Assembly (NCBI GenBank): GCA_030167865.1
Contig: JALAGF010000485.1
Location: 62,001 to 82,529, forward strand
Direction: 5' to 3'
DNA from: Craspedostauros australis
Taxonomy: Eukaryota
Length of the DNA stretch: 20,529 bases
Below are positions 10,255-20,529 of the stretch, one piece after another (position 1 is the first letter of the stretch; the number at the start of each line of letters is the position of its first letter). The position numbers were made by a program, and so were the translations under genes. The notes below the pieces were generated by a model that saw only the letters and a list, made by a program, of their open reading frames with translations, made no database searches and was not told where the DNA came from.

Positions 10255-12176
10255 ATGAAGTTCACAGCATCTATCGTCGCCCTTGTGGGAGCCGCCGCCT
10301 CCGCCGGTGCCTTCAGCCCATCGGCCCCTTCCGTTCACAGCAGCACCAACGCCGCCACATCTACCCAGCTGTACTCCGGCGTCGAGCGCAACGAGAACTT
10401 CGCCAAGCTCGCTGGAGGATACCTGTTCCCAGAGATCGGCCGCAGACGCAATGCCTACCTCGAGGCCAACCCGGACATGGCCGACCGCATCATCTCCCTC
10501 GGAATCGGTGACACCACCCAGCCAATCCCGGACCACATCCTCGAAGGTCTCGTCGGCGGCGCCCAGAAGCTCGGAACCAAGGACGGTTACTCCGGTTACG
10601 GCGCCGAGCAGGGATTCGGAGATCTGCGCCAGAAGATCGCCACCAAGCTCTACAACGACCTCATCAGCGCCGACGAGGTCTTCGTCAGCGACGGTGCCAA
10701 GTGCGATATCATGCGCGTGCAGCAGATGTTCGGTTCCAAGGTCGTCAGCGCCGTGCAGGATCCATCCTACCCGGTCTACGTCGACACCTCCGTCATGATG
10801 GGACAGACCGGAACCCAGGACGAGTCCACCATGCAGTACGACAACATCGTCTACATGCCATGCACGCCAGACAACGGCTTCTTCCCAGATTACGAGAATC
10901 TGCCACGTGCCGACGTCGTCTACATTTGCAGTCCGAAGTAAGTTTGCTTGCTGGCTGGTTGGTTGGTTGATACGTTGGTTGTTGCTGTTGCCGTTGCTGC
11001 TGTTGTTGCTGTTGCTTGTGTGGATGATATTATATATTGCAACTGAATAGCGAAGAATCGGACTTGCGACGAATTGGGCATAGAGAATGAATGGCATTTG
11101 CCAACTATCTCCAACGAGGAAAGCTTCAACGAAGGATGGAACCCAATTGTGGTGCCTCTCTTGCAAATTATGTGACTTTCGTTGTATTCCATCTCGTCGC
11201 GTCGAAGTCCATGTTTCCGGCAGGCAGTGACAACAAAGCAACCAAACGAAACAACAACGTTCGGCATGTGTACCAGAAGAATCAAATGACATCCTTTGCG
11301 ACGCTGTTGCATCGTACCATTTCTCATCAAATCATCTGCGCATGTGCTTTGCTCCTTCGGCTGTGGACAACTCGACCAAAAACTGGTGCGACGACATGGA
11401 AATGAAACGACACGGAATGCTCAATCTCATCATCACCTGGATCCGAATTCCACTTCAAATTCACGACAATGCTCCACTCGGCTGCACCTTCACAAACCTG
11501 CAGCAACCCAACTGGTGCCGCCGCCACCAAGGAACAATTGGAGAACATCGTCAAGGTCTGCAAGGAACGCGGTTCCATCCTCGTCTTCGACGCCGCCTAC
11601 GCTCCATTCATCCGCTCTGAGGGTGTGCCAAAGTCCATCTACGAGATCGAGGGTGCCGAGGACGTCGCAATCGAGGTCAACAGCTTCTCCAAGTACGCCG
11701 GATTCACCGGAGTGCGCCTCGGATGGACCGTCATCCCAAGCGCCCTCAAGTTCAAGGACGGAACCCCAGTCAAGCAGGACTTCAACCGCGTCATGACCAC
11801 CGCCTTCAACGGCGCCTCCAACATCGTGCAGGCAGGTGGCCTCGCATGCCTCGACGACGAGGGCCTTGCCGAGATCAACATCCTCATCGACTACTACCTC
11901 GAGAATGCCAACATCCTCCGCGAGACCATGGAGGAACTTGGCTTCGTCGTCCACGGTGGTACTGACGCTCCTTACATCTTCGTCGAGCTCCCAGAGAGCA
12001 TGGGTGGATCATGGGATGCCTTCTCCTCAATCCTCGAGCAGACACAGGTCGTCACCATCCCAGGTGCCGGATTCGGACCAGGCGGGGAGGGATTCCTGCG
12101 TCTCAGTGCCTTCGCTCCACGTGATTCTGTCCTCGAGGCATGCAAGCGCTTCAAGGAAACTCTCAAGTCCGAGTAA
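10255..12176 (+). CDS. dapL: LL-diaminopimelate aminotransferase (lysine biosynthesis), plastid-targeted; exons 10255-10937 and 11504-12176, ~451 aa
   Basis: GYLFPEI, IISLGIGDTTQP, GYSGYGAEQG, EVFVSDGAKCD, DPSYPVYVDTSV, CSPNNPTG (spanning the intron), FDAAY, PLP-lysine motif SFSKYAGFTGVRLGW, FNGASNIVQAGG, PGAGFGPGGEGFLRLSAF. N-terminal signal peptide MKFTASIVALVGAAASAGA followed by FSP (ASAFAP-type). Confidence 0.97.
10938..11503 (+). other. Spliceosomal intron (566 nt) in dapL
   Basis: GTAAGT donor at 10938 and CTGCAG acceptor ending at 11503; the AA|C junction restores the conserved NNPTG. Confidence 0.93.
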
Positions 12177-12313
12177 ACTTAGTCTGCTACAGAAGTACAT
12201 ACAATTATTGGCAAGATGCATCACCTCACGTGCTTTCTCCAGTACCATGCTTCTACTTTACTCTACTCTACGACTTTGCACCTGTACCATACATCCATGC
12301 CAATGTTCTCTCT

Positions 12314-14973
12314 CTACTCGTGGCGCGGAGCTCCTTCGACGTGCGCCTTATCGCTGGCATCTTGGCTTGGATGCGCACGACTGCCATCACCATCGACGTT
12401 TGTCCCACTCTCCTCACCAGCATGTGTCGCACCAACATCATTCATCGTGGTTGCGCTTGTGTCGGCATCGGCTGAGACATCGTGCGGGTTGTTTGATGCG
12501 AGTTGTTCATCTTGTCTTCCATTCGGTGGCATGATGCGTCTCTTAAATGTGTCTATGCTTTGGGATGCTCCCACAGCATTGGCCACGACTGCAGGAATGA
12601 CTTCCTCTGCATCCTGGCCTGGAGCAACGGCATTCTTCTCTTCCACTCGTCCCTTGTTTCCATTTGTAAATGGGGGGACTTGCGCTCGCAATTGCGCTCG
12701 CGCACCTTCACTATTGTCTTCATCTTCACGTGCGTTTGGGTTTGATTGGCTTCGTTGTGTCGTCTCTCCATTTCCCCTCGAATTTCCTTCGTTGCTCGCG
12801 CCCTTGTCTTCGTCGATGATCTCACTCGCGATATTTCCTTCATCATCAGGATTGTCTTTGGTAGTGTGCACCGTTTGCGACGAATCGATGGTTCGATCGA
12901 GGGAAGGCTGAGTGTCATTCTCCGCCCTGTTCATCCTGCCGTCCTTTCCGCCGTCAGCATCGTGAACGTCATCGTTGCTGCCATACTCATTTTCACGATC
13001 ATCACCATTTTTTCCATCGGCATTCACAGCTTGATCCTGTTGATCGGTTGATGATTCCACCTTCGCACTCTGACGAGGTCCATTCGCAGCATCGTCTTCT
13101 GATGACAATGGTTTGGAGTCCTGTGCATCCGCCTCGAGGACTTCCGAAGCACTTTCCGCAATTGGCTCCGCCTGCTCCTCAAGAAGCGCCAGCAGTCGAT
13201 TCTTTGCGCGCTCCGCCTGAAACATTGGAGCGCAGGGCTGATCCTGTTGCAACTCAGATTTCGGCGAGGCAACCAGCGCTGGTCCTTGTTGCTGGAACAG
13301 ATGGACGGTGCGTCTCGTCGTCATCAGCAACGAGACGGGTCCGTGCGCCGATGCGATGTGCCTCAACCCGTGGACGGAGTACGGCAGACTGCACTGCCAC
13401 ACACGATGGTACGGATCGCGGCGGATCCTTTGGCGCATCCGATGCGATTGCGAGTCATGCTCCGGGCTGCGATACAGAAGCACGCGCCCGCAATGCGTGC
13501 CGATCAAAACGTTGTCACCGTATCCATGCACGCTCAGCACACAGTCCTCCGCATTCACGGCATCGTCCCAGAATCCTTGGGCGATCATGTACGGTCCATC
13601 CCAATTGTCGTCGTTGGGGTCTGAGACATCAAGGCCTGTGCCAGCGTGGCTTCGGTCTTCTTCCTCCACAGAGGACTCATCCGTGTCTGTATTCATCCCA
13701 GCTGCAGCCGCAGCGCCGTGCTCATGGTGGCCAAGGCGGTTGATGTTGTTGTTGTCGTTGCCGCTGATTTTCTCGCCTCCTTCCTCGACGTCAGATGGAG
13801 ACATGCGTCTCATATCTATCGTGCTGATTTCTGGCAGTTCCTTGATGATCCTGCACGCGTATCCACACAGCGAACCAGCGACCACCTGTACGGTTCTGTG
13901 CCAACGATGCCCAATGTCACCGTCGCTGCCTTGGTCGTCATCATTATTCCCGTGCGTTTGAAAAGTCTGCAACGTGACATCCAAGCAGCAGATGGGACCA
14001 TCGACAATGATAGTCTTTGATCGCAGGTTTCGCAGATCGAGTCCATCCTCCCATGTGAAGACTTGAATTGTACCATCTCGGCATGCAACAGCCAGGATGG
14101 TGGAATCATTCGCTCCACTGTGGACTCTTTGTTCTGACGATCCATCCCACAGCCTGCCATGATTGTCAACAGTCTCCGCACCATCACCATAGCCATCGGC
14201 AGCACCATTAGCATAATGGTGCTCGCTGGGACAGACTGGTCGAGTTGATGCCCTTGTGGAATAGGACATGCCAGCCAAAGCAGTAACGGGCGATGCGAAC
14301 GTGAATTCGTCTCGATCGTTGAGGATCTTCCGCAGGATCACACCGGATCGAGGTTCCGCAGTTGTCGCCACGTCTTCGTCATCTGCTTCGATCGTTGTGG
14401 CATCCACCGGAGCGTACAGACGCAATTTGTTGTCATTCGAACTTCCAAGCCACACACAAAATGTCGACGACGAGCCAACATTCGAGTTGCGTTTGCCAAA
14501 GGACATGACGCATTGCGCCAATGGCTTGAAAGTCAACAAGGCAACGTATGTCGTCGCGTCCTGCGTGCTGGTGCCTTCGTCGATCTGCAAAGCTAGCACA
14601 CCCACGATCGTGGATTTCGTCAGACCTGATGAGTCAGGTTGCGCGTCATTTCCATGGTGTTGCAACGTCGTCGCTGAAGTGGCGTGGGCAACACCGAGGG
14701 ATGCAAGCCTCGTTTTTGGCCGCCCTTTATGGATGTCATTCTTGTGCGATTTGATTTCTTGGGGTGCGGCATTGCCTCGCAGTGCGCGTGGTTCGTCTCC
14801 GTCCTGGCTCACTTGGGGCGGTCGGTGTAAGGGGCGATGCTGCGGCTCCAGATCAGCAAGCTCGTCAGACGAGATTGAGTCCAAGTTGACAAACGTCATT
14901 GATTGCGCTTGCATGGTCGTTGACGTTGCCTTCGACTGTGCTGTTTCTCTTTGGCTCTGGTGCAGTACGGACA

Positions 14974-15005
<32 letters not shown>

Positions 15006-15589
15006 CCATCGTGTCTCCGGATCCTGGCAGACGATTGGCCAACGCATATCCATCGAGGACCAAGCTTGGGCATCGGCAGCGTTTTGTGTTTCATTTGCAT
15101 TGCGATGGGTGGCTTCATTGATGTTGGTTGTTCACAGTCGATCAGCGGTGCATGTGCGAGAGCTTCCGTCGCATATCTCTCAGTCTCAGCAGCTTTTGAT
15201 GCAGCTTCTTCCCTTCCGTCATGAGCATCTGAATTCGTCGGAACCTCGTTCGAGGCCTCCTTCGAAGCTTGTGCCATATCGCTGTCGTTGTCATTCTCCT
15301 TCTGATCAGCCAATGCTGAACCGTCGGTGTTGGCTCCGTCCCTTCCAAGTGCATTCGTCAGATGCCTTGATTGTGTATCGTCACCGTCCTGCGGCGCTGG
15401 TGCATCGGCAGCAATGACAGCGACCTCCAACAGATGATTCTCCGTGGAGAGTCTGGTGGTGAACGTGGTGCAGGAATCGTGGACATCGGCATCGCGTCCA
15501 ACGCTGCTGTCTACCACGATTTGCGTGGGGGCCGAAAAGCATGTCGTGGAGGCAGCGAGAGGACATACCGCCGTCTCGACAAACTCCAT
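12314..15589 (-). CDS. Kaptin (KPTN, KICSTOR subunit)-like beta-propeller protein with long low-complexity insertions, 1091 aa
   Basis: Uninterrupted ORF. Conserved-looking blocks in Kaptin-like order: MEFVETAVCPLA, VWLGSSNDNKLRLY, FASPVTAL, ILAVACRDGTIQVF, VDGPICCLDV, VVAGSLCGYA, DCVLSVH...VLIGTHCGRVLLY, VWQCSLPYSVHGL, LLMTTRRTVHLFQ, and a helix AERAKNRLLALL. Acidic disordered segments lie between them. The CDS is confident; the family call is from recalled motifs. Confidence 0.65.
14977..15010. repeat. (CAT/ATG)n trinucleotide microsatellite encoding poly-Asp in the Kaptin-like ORF
   Basis: catcatcatcatcatcatcatcatcatcaccatc, which gives DGDDDDDDDDDG on the minus strand. Confidence 0.85.
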
Positions 15590-16097
15590 GTTCCGTATCG
15601 ACGTTGATGGAGTGGTGCTGGCAATACGTACGAGTGTGCTTGTGCAGGTATTGGCTTCGGGCTTCGTGACGATGGAGAGACACGGGGCGAAGATTTGATT
15701 GTGAGGGGTGGAAAACGAGGGCCGAATCCTTGGTTTGTTTTTTCGCTTCTCTTCCTTGCTTCGTGTCCACGCAGGCTTCGCATCGAAGATAGTGGGAGGA
15801 CTTCACTCGGGGGACGGTGATCGGGGAACACTTCCGCCTCTGCTACTCTCTCTCTATCTCTCCAGAGAGAAGAATACACAAGTGCTGATGTCTACGAATG
15901 CATTCTTTCTAGATGAGTGGAATATGCAGGCACATGCCCGTGCTCTCCATTTACAGTCTACTATACTCTGTTCCCTTTGTATCCGTACATCTAGCATGTC
16001 ACTCAATGATGTTTCCCAACAGCGACTGGAGGATGACGAAGATGGCAACGTCGCATCGATCCTTTCGCGGCAACGCAATTCATGGCGCATTTCATGT

Positions 16098-17378
16098 TTA
16101 ATGAAACAAGCGTCTTTGGATGCCGCACCCAAAGAAGGTCTGCAGGAAATGTTTGGATTTGTCGGCCAGAGGCAAATGGTCGAAGCTCACATCGTTGCAG
16201 CATGCAATGTCCGCAATCGTGCTGCGCATACTCATGAGAACTTCGATTTCATCAGGCGGCAACCGAAATCGGATGGCCCATTCTCGCAGCATGTTTGCGA
16301 TGTGGATGGCAACTTCCGGAGACGGCGATGACGCTGAATCGCCTTGTGGGATTGTCCCATCGGAAGACGGCAAGAAGTTTTGGATGCGATACGGGGTGAA
16401 GTACAGATCCTTCTGCTTCGCCTTGCGTATGGCCTTTGCCATGGAGTAGATGCATTGGATTGCGGCATCGGCGCTTGGCACAAGGAAGACTCTTCTTAGC
16501 TTCATACCGATTGCAAGAGGGAAAAGATCAAGAACGCAACATGCTGAAATAGTGAGGATCATCCCAATCGCAGCGGAGGTATAAAGTCGTGAAACCTGTT
16601 GAATCGAAAGTCCAAGGCGGCTCTCCATGATGATTCAATGCTTGGGTAGCCACGGCATGCCGCGCAGTGTTCTGTCCCTTCTTACCTTTGCCACAAGCTG
16701 CCCACGAGGAGACTGGGTCCATACTGGCTCCGTCGCCATGTGTTGGGCGCGCTGGTAGATAGAGCTGAAGTCAGAGAGCTGGTCTGCTTGATGCCGTCTG
16801 TCTGGTATCACAAATAATGCAGCCGAATATTGGAAGGACTGGAAGAAGTTGGAGAGAACATCCAAGTCGGTGGTTCCTTGCGTCGATCGCGATGTTGATG
16901 ATGTCTCTGCAGACGCACGCACCGAGGATGATTGCGCGCTCTCTTGAATCCTTTGCTTGATACCGTCCAGGTCATGATGGTCATACAACCGAACGGCGAG
17001 GCTAGACTCCGATGGGAAGACGAGATGAGCATCACCAAACAACTGCGAAACGACTTTCACTCGTTTGCAGTGCCCTCGCAGCTCGAATTCCACATCTTGG
17101 ATGCAAGTTTGGGGACGGAACGGCAAAACACGGAGCGTGGAGAAATGAACACAGCAATATCGTGAAAGTGAGCACATGAGAGGCATTGCAAGAAGACACT
17201 GCTTCACCCATGGCATCCCTCAACTCCATGGTCCGCGTCGGCAGCTCAGCTGCATGACGGTCAGCTGGCGAGGCTTTGGCACGAGATAACAGAAAACCAG
17301 GAAGGGTGAAGTCGAAAAAGGGACAGTGCCAAGTTCGTCACCTTTGAACTCTGCGCGTACCGGATGGCCTTTTGTCAT
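16098..17378 (-). CDS. ERCC1-like (inactive ERCC4 domain + HhH) protein, PARTING DANCERS/SPO16(C1orf146)-like; multi-exon. Tentative exons 17378-17342, 17264-17208, 17095-16686, and 16595 (or 16499)-16098
   Basis: Core DVEFELRGHCKRVKVVSQLFGDAHLVFPSESSLAVRLYD...LSNFFQSFQYSAALFVIP...RVFLVPSADAAIQCIYSMAKA. C-terminal HhH-like LPPDEIEVLMSMRSTIADIACCNDVSFDHLPLADKSKHFLQTFF. Clear GTAAG donor at 16685. The 5' exons and the acceptors are inferred from phase compatibility. Confidence 0.55.
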
Positions 17379-18111
17379 TCTTTCTTGCTGCCAAGATCGT
17401 TGTGAATCGCCGTTCTGCCATGTTGCATGTACTCGTACGTGTATTCGTCCATGGGAGTCGATTGTGGTATCATGGTCGCCAATCTCTGTGTTGCTCCTCC
17501 GTGGTGTCGTCCTGTTGTGATGGCGGAGCGTCCCGACATCCAACAGCGAACACAACAAGCACTCGTTGCGACGAGCAACATCAAACGCAGAATTCCTGTC
17601 CCGCCTCGACACATCATGGCGGACGTATCTTTGTTTTCAAAGGAGTCAAGTGAGTCATGATTCCAGTTTCTTCGATGTCTCTCTTGTGACCGGACAAGGC
17701 AAGAACCGAACACGATCAGTCATCTCGCACACCCACAACACTCACGTACCTACCTACGAGCCATGTAGTACCGCCGCCACGCATCAGTTGCCATGGACGA
17801 CACCTTCCACCAGATCCACAACCCTTGATCGTACGTATGTCGCACATGCACAGAAGCGGAGGTCCTGTGATTACGCGCACCAGCAGAGATCACCCCAGAG
17901 AGGCAGAGCAAACCCCCAGAAGAAGCAAACACAAACCCTCGAACGACGACAGCACCACCATCACCACTCGCATCTTCTACAGAATCATCTCTCTGAAGGT
18001 ATCGTAGGATCCCATTCCCGTCCACAAAACAGGCACACACCGAAACAAACATCCGCGAGACCACAAGTCAAGCAACCAAACTTTCCACCAGCCACCACCA
18101 ATACTCGTGCC

Positions 18112-20529
18112 ATGCGTCGCGCTCTCCTCCGTACACCAACAAGGGGAAAGATGAGGATGTCATCAATGGCGTCACTAACAGCCCTCGTGACCCCCGCGAT
18201 GGGATTCATCGTCCCACGCCCATGCTTGCCACCGTCCTCGGCCTCCAGATTCATCTCTTCGATGCCTTTCGCACCAGCCTCATCCTTGCCATTGGTGTCG
18301 ACTTCGCCACTTCAACACCAACCACAACGATGGTGGTCTGGTTCTCGTCTCTTTTCGGACATTACAAACGACGAGAATGTAGCAGCACCCGTGCCAGTCG
18401 ACGCAACAGCGGCGCCATCTGCGATCCCATTCGACATCGACAGCTACAAGGACCTCTTCAGCGACGCCAGCTTCTGGGACATCCAGTTGGAGGACGCAGC
18501 AGTCATGAAACTTCTCGATGAGAGAGTGTTGGGACAAGGACACTCTGCAGGTGAACCGTGGAAACCGTTGGTTGATGCACGAAAGAATATCATTACGTTC
18601 TTCAAAGAACATGGCAATCACGCTGTGCATCGTATGCAAAGCTACGCAGTCGGATGGGACAGAATGACGGATGTAGGCAAGCTTATCAAACAATGGATCG
18701 CGGAAGGAGGTAAAGGCGGCGCAGACCAAGCACAGGATGTCGTTGACAACATCAACGATTGCTTGGACAATGCTGCACCAACTCTCGACGACTTCGTCCA
18801 AAGGAGACTCAGCAGACTGCCATATGGAAAAGTCGAGACGCTATCACATGGCGCAGGCGAGACATTCTTTATTGGTTCCATCGACTCTGGAGACAAAGGA
18901 CTGTCTTTGGAAACTCCGGAAAACGCCATTCTGGACGCGTCGAATTCGCTGAAAAAAGGCAACGCCGTATTGGTCTACTTCTCAGAGAGCGGCAGTGGTA
19001 AGACAGTTGAGCTCGCCGGAAGCGCATTTTTGCGAGGTTGCGTCATCAGCATGATTGACGAAATTCCAAAATGGGCCAACTTACCCAATACGATGCCAGA
19101 CGAGGATCGACTCGAACAGTGCATTGATATACTCAAGGAGCGTTTCGATGACCTCGCAACATCCAATAAAGAAGCCTTCGAGACCATTCTCCAGGCAATC
19201 AACGACTGGGAGGAACCAAACGCCAATCCTACGGAAGATGTGAGGATCGTCTTCTGCATCGATGAAGCGTCTGCATGCCTCAACTTGGTGCAGACGATCA
19301 TCAATGAAAAGGACATTCTTTACAAAACCATGGGGGATCACATCGCAAGTGGATTTGGCGGCGTGCTAGACGAGAAGTTCAAAACGGACCGACCCATCCG
19401 TGTTGTGTTCTCTGTCGCCGGCACAGGGGCGTATGGGGCCACAGTTGGATCCAACCAAGCACACTACAAGTGCCTCAAGCCCAGTGGCAACACAGTCACC
19501 AACGAGCTGTACGATACACTCAAATCCGAGTACGACGAGAGCAGTGTTAGATACGAGAACATTGCGACATTCGAAGATCTGAAGACGCGGCCATTCCTGG
19601 GAATCATCGCCCAGGGCAATGCACGGATGGCTTCCATCTTGATCGATCAAATGTTCCATTCGGGGTTCCTGTACAACAATCCCTATGATGAGATCCGACT
19701 GATGTATTTGGTTTTTGACAAGTTCATCAATTCAAATGCAATGGGATCGCTGTGGAGCGGCCATGAAGGCTCGAACAAAAATGCCGAGCCAGGTGTACCA
19801 CTAGCGGAAGTCCCAAACTCGCAACATTTGCGGGACAAAGATATCATTGCAGCAAAGGACAGGATGGCTGCATCATCGCAAGCCTTTACGGCGCTTCTCT
19901 ATCCAGAGCCCTTCGAACTACCCGCCAATGACACAACAGCACAAGCGAAGGCAAGGGCGCTCAGCTACGGCCCTTCATTCCATAGCTTCTACAACGCGTT
20001 CCGTGGAACCGCTGCACCTGCTCCTGCCGAGGAGGACGATGACAGGCCGACACCTATGCGGCTGCTCGTTCGCAGGTACGGGATCGTGGTACCGGCAGAG
20101 TTTACAGGCAAGTGGACCGAAACGCAAACACTATCACAGCCGTTCATCATGAAGGACGTGATGCGACTACTGTGCATCTGGCTTGCGAGCAGTGGAAAAC
20201 GGTCGAGGGAGGCCAATGCGTTGTTGGGAGTCCATTCGTTTGGGTTCGAGGTGCTGTCAACTCAGCTTGTGAGTAGTGCCATTACAGCAGCCATGACCAT
20301 CGAGGAGAAGAAACGCAAAGACCTGCACCACATCTTGACAAAGAGCCTCAAAATGTTCCTGAGAGGTTACACCAACGATGGCGACGACACAGCCGAACAT
20401 GTTGACAAGGAGATCAAAGAGGCGTGGGAGGCATTCAAAGACGTGATTCCTGTCTCAACCGAATGCGATCTCACCTTGGATGGCATGTACTCTCAGAAAT
20501 CCGCGATGTGGTTGAACAAGCGAGACGAA
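18112..20529 (+). CDS. Crinkler/RHS-type (CR) STAND-like P-loop NTPase protein with N-terminal organellar presequence; 3'-truncated by the window edge (>=806 aa)
   Basis: Hand translation shows no stop from ATG 18112 to 20529. Walker A VLVYFSESGSGKT (18982-19005), Walker B IVFCIDEA (19246-19269), sensor-like VVFSVAGTG (ending 19428), GNARMA (19615-19632), LVRRYG, and SFGFEVL (GFE at 20242-20250). Not in the supplied ORF track because no stop falls in the window. Confidence 0.8.
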   Translation, partial: MRRALLRTPTRGKMRMSSMASLTALVTPAMGFIVPRPCLPPSSASRFISSMPFAPASSLPLVSTSPLQHQPQRWWSGSRLFSDITNDENVAAPVPVDATAAPSAIPFDIDSYKDLFSDASFWDIQLEDAAVMKLLDERVLGQGHSAGEPWKPLVDARKNIITFFKEHGNHAVHRMQSYAVGWDRMTDVGKLIKQWIAEGGKGGADQAQDVVDNINDCLDNAAPTLDDFVQRRLSRLPYGKVETLSHGAGETFFIGSIDSGDKGLSLETPENAILDASNSLKKGNAVLVYFSESGSGKTVELAGSAFLRGCVISMIDEIPKWANLPNTMPDEDRLEQCIDILKERFDDLATSNKEAFETILQAINDWEEPNANPTEDVRIVFCIDEASACLNLVQTIINEKDILYKTMGDHIASGFGGVLDEKFKTDRPIRVVFSVAGTGAYGATVGSNQAHYKCLKPSGNTVTNELYDTLKSEYDESSVRYENIATFEDLKTRPFLGIIAQGNARMASILIDQMFHSGFLYNNPYDEIRLMYLVFDKFINSNAMGSLWSGHEGSNKNAEPGVPLAEVPNSQHLRDKDIIAAKDRMAASSQAFTALLYPEPFELPANDTTAQAKARALSYGPSFHSFYNAFRGTAAPAPAEEDDDRPTPMRLLVRRYGIVVPAEFTGKWTETQTLSQPFIMKDVMRLLCIWLASSGKRSREANALLGVHSFGFEVLSTQLVSSAITAAMTIEEKKRKDLHHILTKSLKMFLRGYTNDGDDTAEHVDKEIKEAWEAFKDVIPVSTECDLTLDGMYSQKSAMWLNKRDE

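Noticed and set aside
11020-11046. Possible C/D-box snoRNA (GGATGA...CTGA) in the dapL intron
   Set aside because: Box C is imperfect, the C-to-D spacing is far too short, and no terminal stem or guide sequence is evident.
17521-18111. 197 stop-free codons in frame upstream of the NTPase ATG
   Set aside because: No ATG; the CA-rich, T-poor leader composition largely explains the lack of stops, and the presequence-like composition begins at 18112.
17400-18111. Transposon terminus (TIR/LTR/TSD) upstream of the CR-like ORF
   Set aside because: No inverted or direct repeat partner is visible in the window; the other end would lie beyond the edge.

Overview
Eukaryotic nuclear DNA with GT-AG introns. 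A bipartite signal+'ASAFAP'-type plastid presequence on one gene points to a diatom or other ochrophyte. Seven supportable protein genes: (1) CTD small phosphatase-like (DLDET, one intron, +); (2) kinesin-light-chain-type TPR protein (-); (3) small Cys-rich secreted, probably GPI-anchored protein with two CxxxC/CxC modules (-); (4) plastid-targeted LL-diaminopimelate aminotransferase DapL (one 566-nt intron, +); (5) 1091-aa Kaptin (KPTN/KICSTOR)-like protein (-); (6) multi-exon ERCC1/PTD/SPO16-like protein (-); (7) an ORF of at least 806 codons that runs off the right edge and is absent from the ORF track (+). Gene 7 encodes an organelle-type presequence, a STAND-like P-loop NTPase and the likely start of a restriction-endonuclease-fold domain, resembling Crinkler/RHS ('CR') effectors. 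It is the most interesting element. There are also one or two possible decayed genes and several simple repeats. No rRNA, tRNA, CRISPR array or clearly bounded transposon was seen. All family assignments come from motif recognition by eye, not from database searches.
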